This document shows, in pieces, positions 61,636-64,000 of a stretch of 64,000 bases of DNA. Under the pieces are notes generated by a model, which worked only from the letters and a program-made list of their open reading frames with translations, had not been told where the DNA came from and did not search any database. Position numbers and translations under genes: made by a program. Position 1 is the stretch's first letter, and each line of letters begins with the position of its first letter. This stretch comes from Selaginella moellendorffii (lineage: Eukaryota > Plantae > Lycopodiophyta), in contig NW_003314267.1 in the NCBI RefSeq assembly GCF_000143415.4, forward strand, positions 3,903,201 to 3,967,200, read 5' to 3'.

Positions 61636-62218
61636 TGTATAACCAACTAAAGAGAACAACTTGAAAGATAATCCATAGGAGTTCAAATGTAAAAGGAAAA
61701 AGCTCATGAATAAGAGTGCACCCTCTTTTTCAAACAATTAATGTTCTTGAGATATTTGGGGTTAAGTGTCATTAGGTTTGGGATGGGTGACTTCTTGGAA
61801 AGTCTAAATTCAAGAGTTTATATTTGATATTAGAGAGGTTTTGGTCCAAATTTCCCATGAAGAGCTTATATTTGGTATCAGAGAGGTCTCACTCCGGCTC
61901 TGTTGATTGGTTAGGGGAATTAGATTACATGTTAAGATTAACATTTAGTAGGTCTAGTTTACTTTGGTTGGGCTCGATCTAAAGGGTAGGGAGAGCTATG
62001 GCTCTCAGCTTTCGTTCACAAAGGTATAAACAACTAAAAGAAATGACTAAAGAGACGATCTATAGGGGTTCAAACATAAAGGGAAAGGGCTTATAAATAA
62101 AAGTGCACTTTATTTTCTAAATAGTTAAGATCTTGGGATATTTGGGGTTAAACATCCTTGGGTTTAAATAATACTAAAATGGGTGATCTTTTGGGAAGTC
62201 TAAATTCAAGCCCTTACA
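61636..62218 (+). mobile_element. Cassandra-like TRIM 2 (LTRs ~61636-61822 and ~62023-62218)
   Basis: Same LTR family. PBS TGGTATCAGAG at 61873 and 5S-like GGATGGGTGACTTCTTGGAAAGTC. No clean TSD. Confidence 0.7.
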
Positions 62219-62849
62219 ATTGACATCAAAGACTTTTCAACTTACTTTTAATTATGATTTTTGGTGCTCTAAAGCTCAAGATACTTATGTTTTTTGCATC
62301 TATGAGCTTGTGAATACTAATGAGTGATAATTTTTAGGTTTCTTCTGAAGTTTTACAACTATATATTTTGGTTGTAAAATAGATTTAAAGGATTCCTGTA
62401 GTGCATATGATCATGGGATGAGATTTGGATATACTATCATTGTGGATCTTTGGAACCTTGAGGGATAAATGGGGATAAAATAACTATTAAGGGTTCTTTC
62501 ATCAAGCAATTACCCCTTTTTCAATTGGCTTAAGAGGAGTTCCAAAAGCCAAGAAGTTTCACTCTTTAGGAGTATTTATTGTAATCTAGCATTTGTAATG
62601 ATTATAGAATTTTATGCCCATTCACACCAAATCAATGCACATTCGACATCTACTTACTATCAACACTATCCTATGGTTGGGGGCCATCATTCACGTATCC
62701 ACCACAAGCTAAATTATCAGATAGCTCTCTTAGTTAAAGTGGATTTAGAGTTTTCTACAGATAGTAAGTTCAAGCATCCACTACTTATAGCAGTTCTTTC
62801 TAAAATCTATATTGTATAGCATGGGATAGACTTGCCTTACTTCTTAGGC

Positions 62850-63720
62850 AATGGAGACATCTTGGCCAGAATACACATTCTTCACTTTGAGCAATATTAT
62901 GTATCGAATGGCATTGGTAGTGACAATTACAACCTTTGAGACTTCTCTCAATTGCTTACTAGTTGAGCAATTGCATAAGCAAAGACTCTTTTGGAGGTTG
63001 ATATGATAAAGTATGCCACATTCAAGGCCTTCTTCAAGTCACACTTTGATCAATAGTAGATATTGAATCATTTACTTATGGACTTATTTGCATTTTAGCA
63101 AGGAGTTCCTAAATCGGTACTAGACTATGTGAATATTTTTGTGCCTATTGAAAAGAGTGTGTGAGGTGATCACTAATGAGCCCCACAACATCACAAAATT
63201 CATCTTTTAGCTCAAGGAAAATATCCAATACAAGATGTTTAAGAGACAATTTAAAATGTGTTATAAAGCTTTTGCAACTACAGAGAATTTAAAGTGTGAT
63301 CTTCTCCAGAAGTTTGGTATCTCCAGGGTTGAGGAGGCTTTCCTCCCCTCCTCAATGGATGCTCTATTAATAGTCATTGATGACAAATTTTCTATGGTGA
63401 TTGAAAAGACTTTAATAAAGCTTATAGGGTATAAAGAGATCAATAGTAGATGTAGGAGAAGATGCTTGAAGAGCTCTATGTTTGCCATTTATAATAAATT
63501 GAGAAGCCACAATATGCTCCATGCTCTTAGTATTGCTCCTATTGTGATGTCACAACTCACAACATAGAGAGGTGTTGGAAGCTTCATCTAAAGTTGTGGC
63601 CACCACATTCTCAACATATTTAAAAGCAACCATTTGTTGATAATAACATTACAACATAAAGGAAGAATCACTACTAGTAACAATTTGAGCAACATATGAT
63701 CGAAGATGCACCTTCATCAT
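62850..63720 (+). mobile_element. Degenerate LTR-retrotransposon gag remnant
   Basis: Zinc knuckle CSYCDVTTHNIERCWKLH (CX2CX4HX4C) at 63534-63575 amid stops. Confidence 0.6.
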
Positions 63721-64000
63721 CTTTTAGTAAAGGGAAGGCTTTAATTGGATAGGTCAATACCATTAAAATTGCTGAGGAAGAGTTCATAAAGATAGCAAAC
63801 ATAAGGGCATAAAAGAAGAAAGCACTTACTCATGAGGAAATCGATAGCAATCTAACTTCTTTAGTGATCATTAATCCAACACCCAAGATGGCATGTAAGC
63901 TCCTATTCACATCTCTTCTAGATGTCTTCCACTTTTCTCTAGTAGTTCCTAAGTCTTTAAGAGTGCACTTCAATAGTTGATGGAGGCATTCATCACCTTT

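Overview
Plant nuclear DNA with very compact genes and 49-80 nt introns. The GC-rich PLS-PPR genes and degenerate AT-rich retroelements are typical of a lycophyte such as Selaginella; this is an inference, not checked. From 1.5 to 30 kb, a [UGT-A / PLAC8 / UGT-B] cassette occurs three times in tandem and once, partially, inverted, with the inverted pair flanking an ataxin-10-like gene. From 30 to 48 kb lies a scrambled set of nested direct and inverted duplications built from pieces of a UGT, an IGPS-like gene, PPDK, ataxin-10, an orphan membrane-protein gene and PLS-E PPR genes. From 47 to 57.4 kb are the intact source genes UGT-C, IGPS-like and PPDK, plus a KDM3/JmjC demethylase. From 57.5 to 64 kb is a TE graveyard. 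Three highlights stand out. First, a 120-bp TG...CA solo-LTR-like insertion with a 5-bp TSD carries a tRNA-like Pol III cassette. Second, Cassandra-type TRIMs with 5S-derived LTRs are present. Third, an IGPS-like gene that has lost its catalytic Lys and phosphate-binding motifs sits head-to-head, 94 bp from a UGT.
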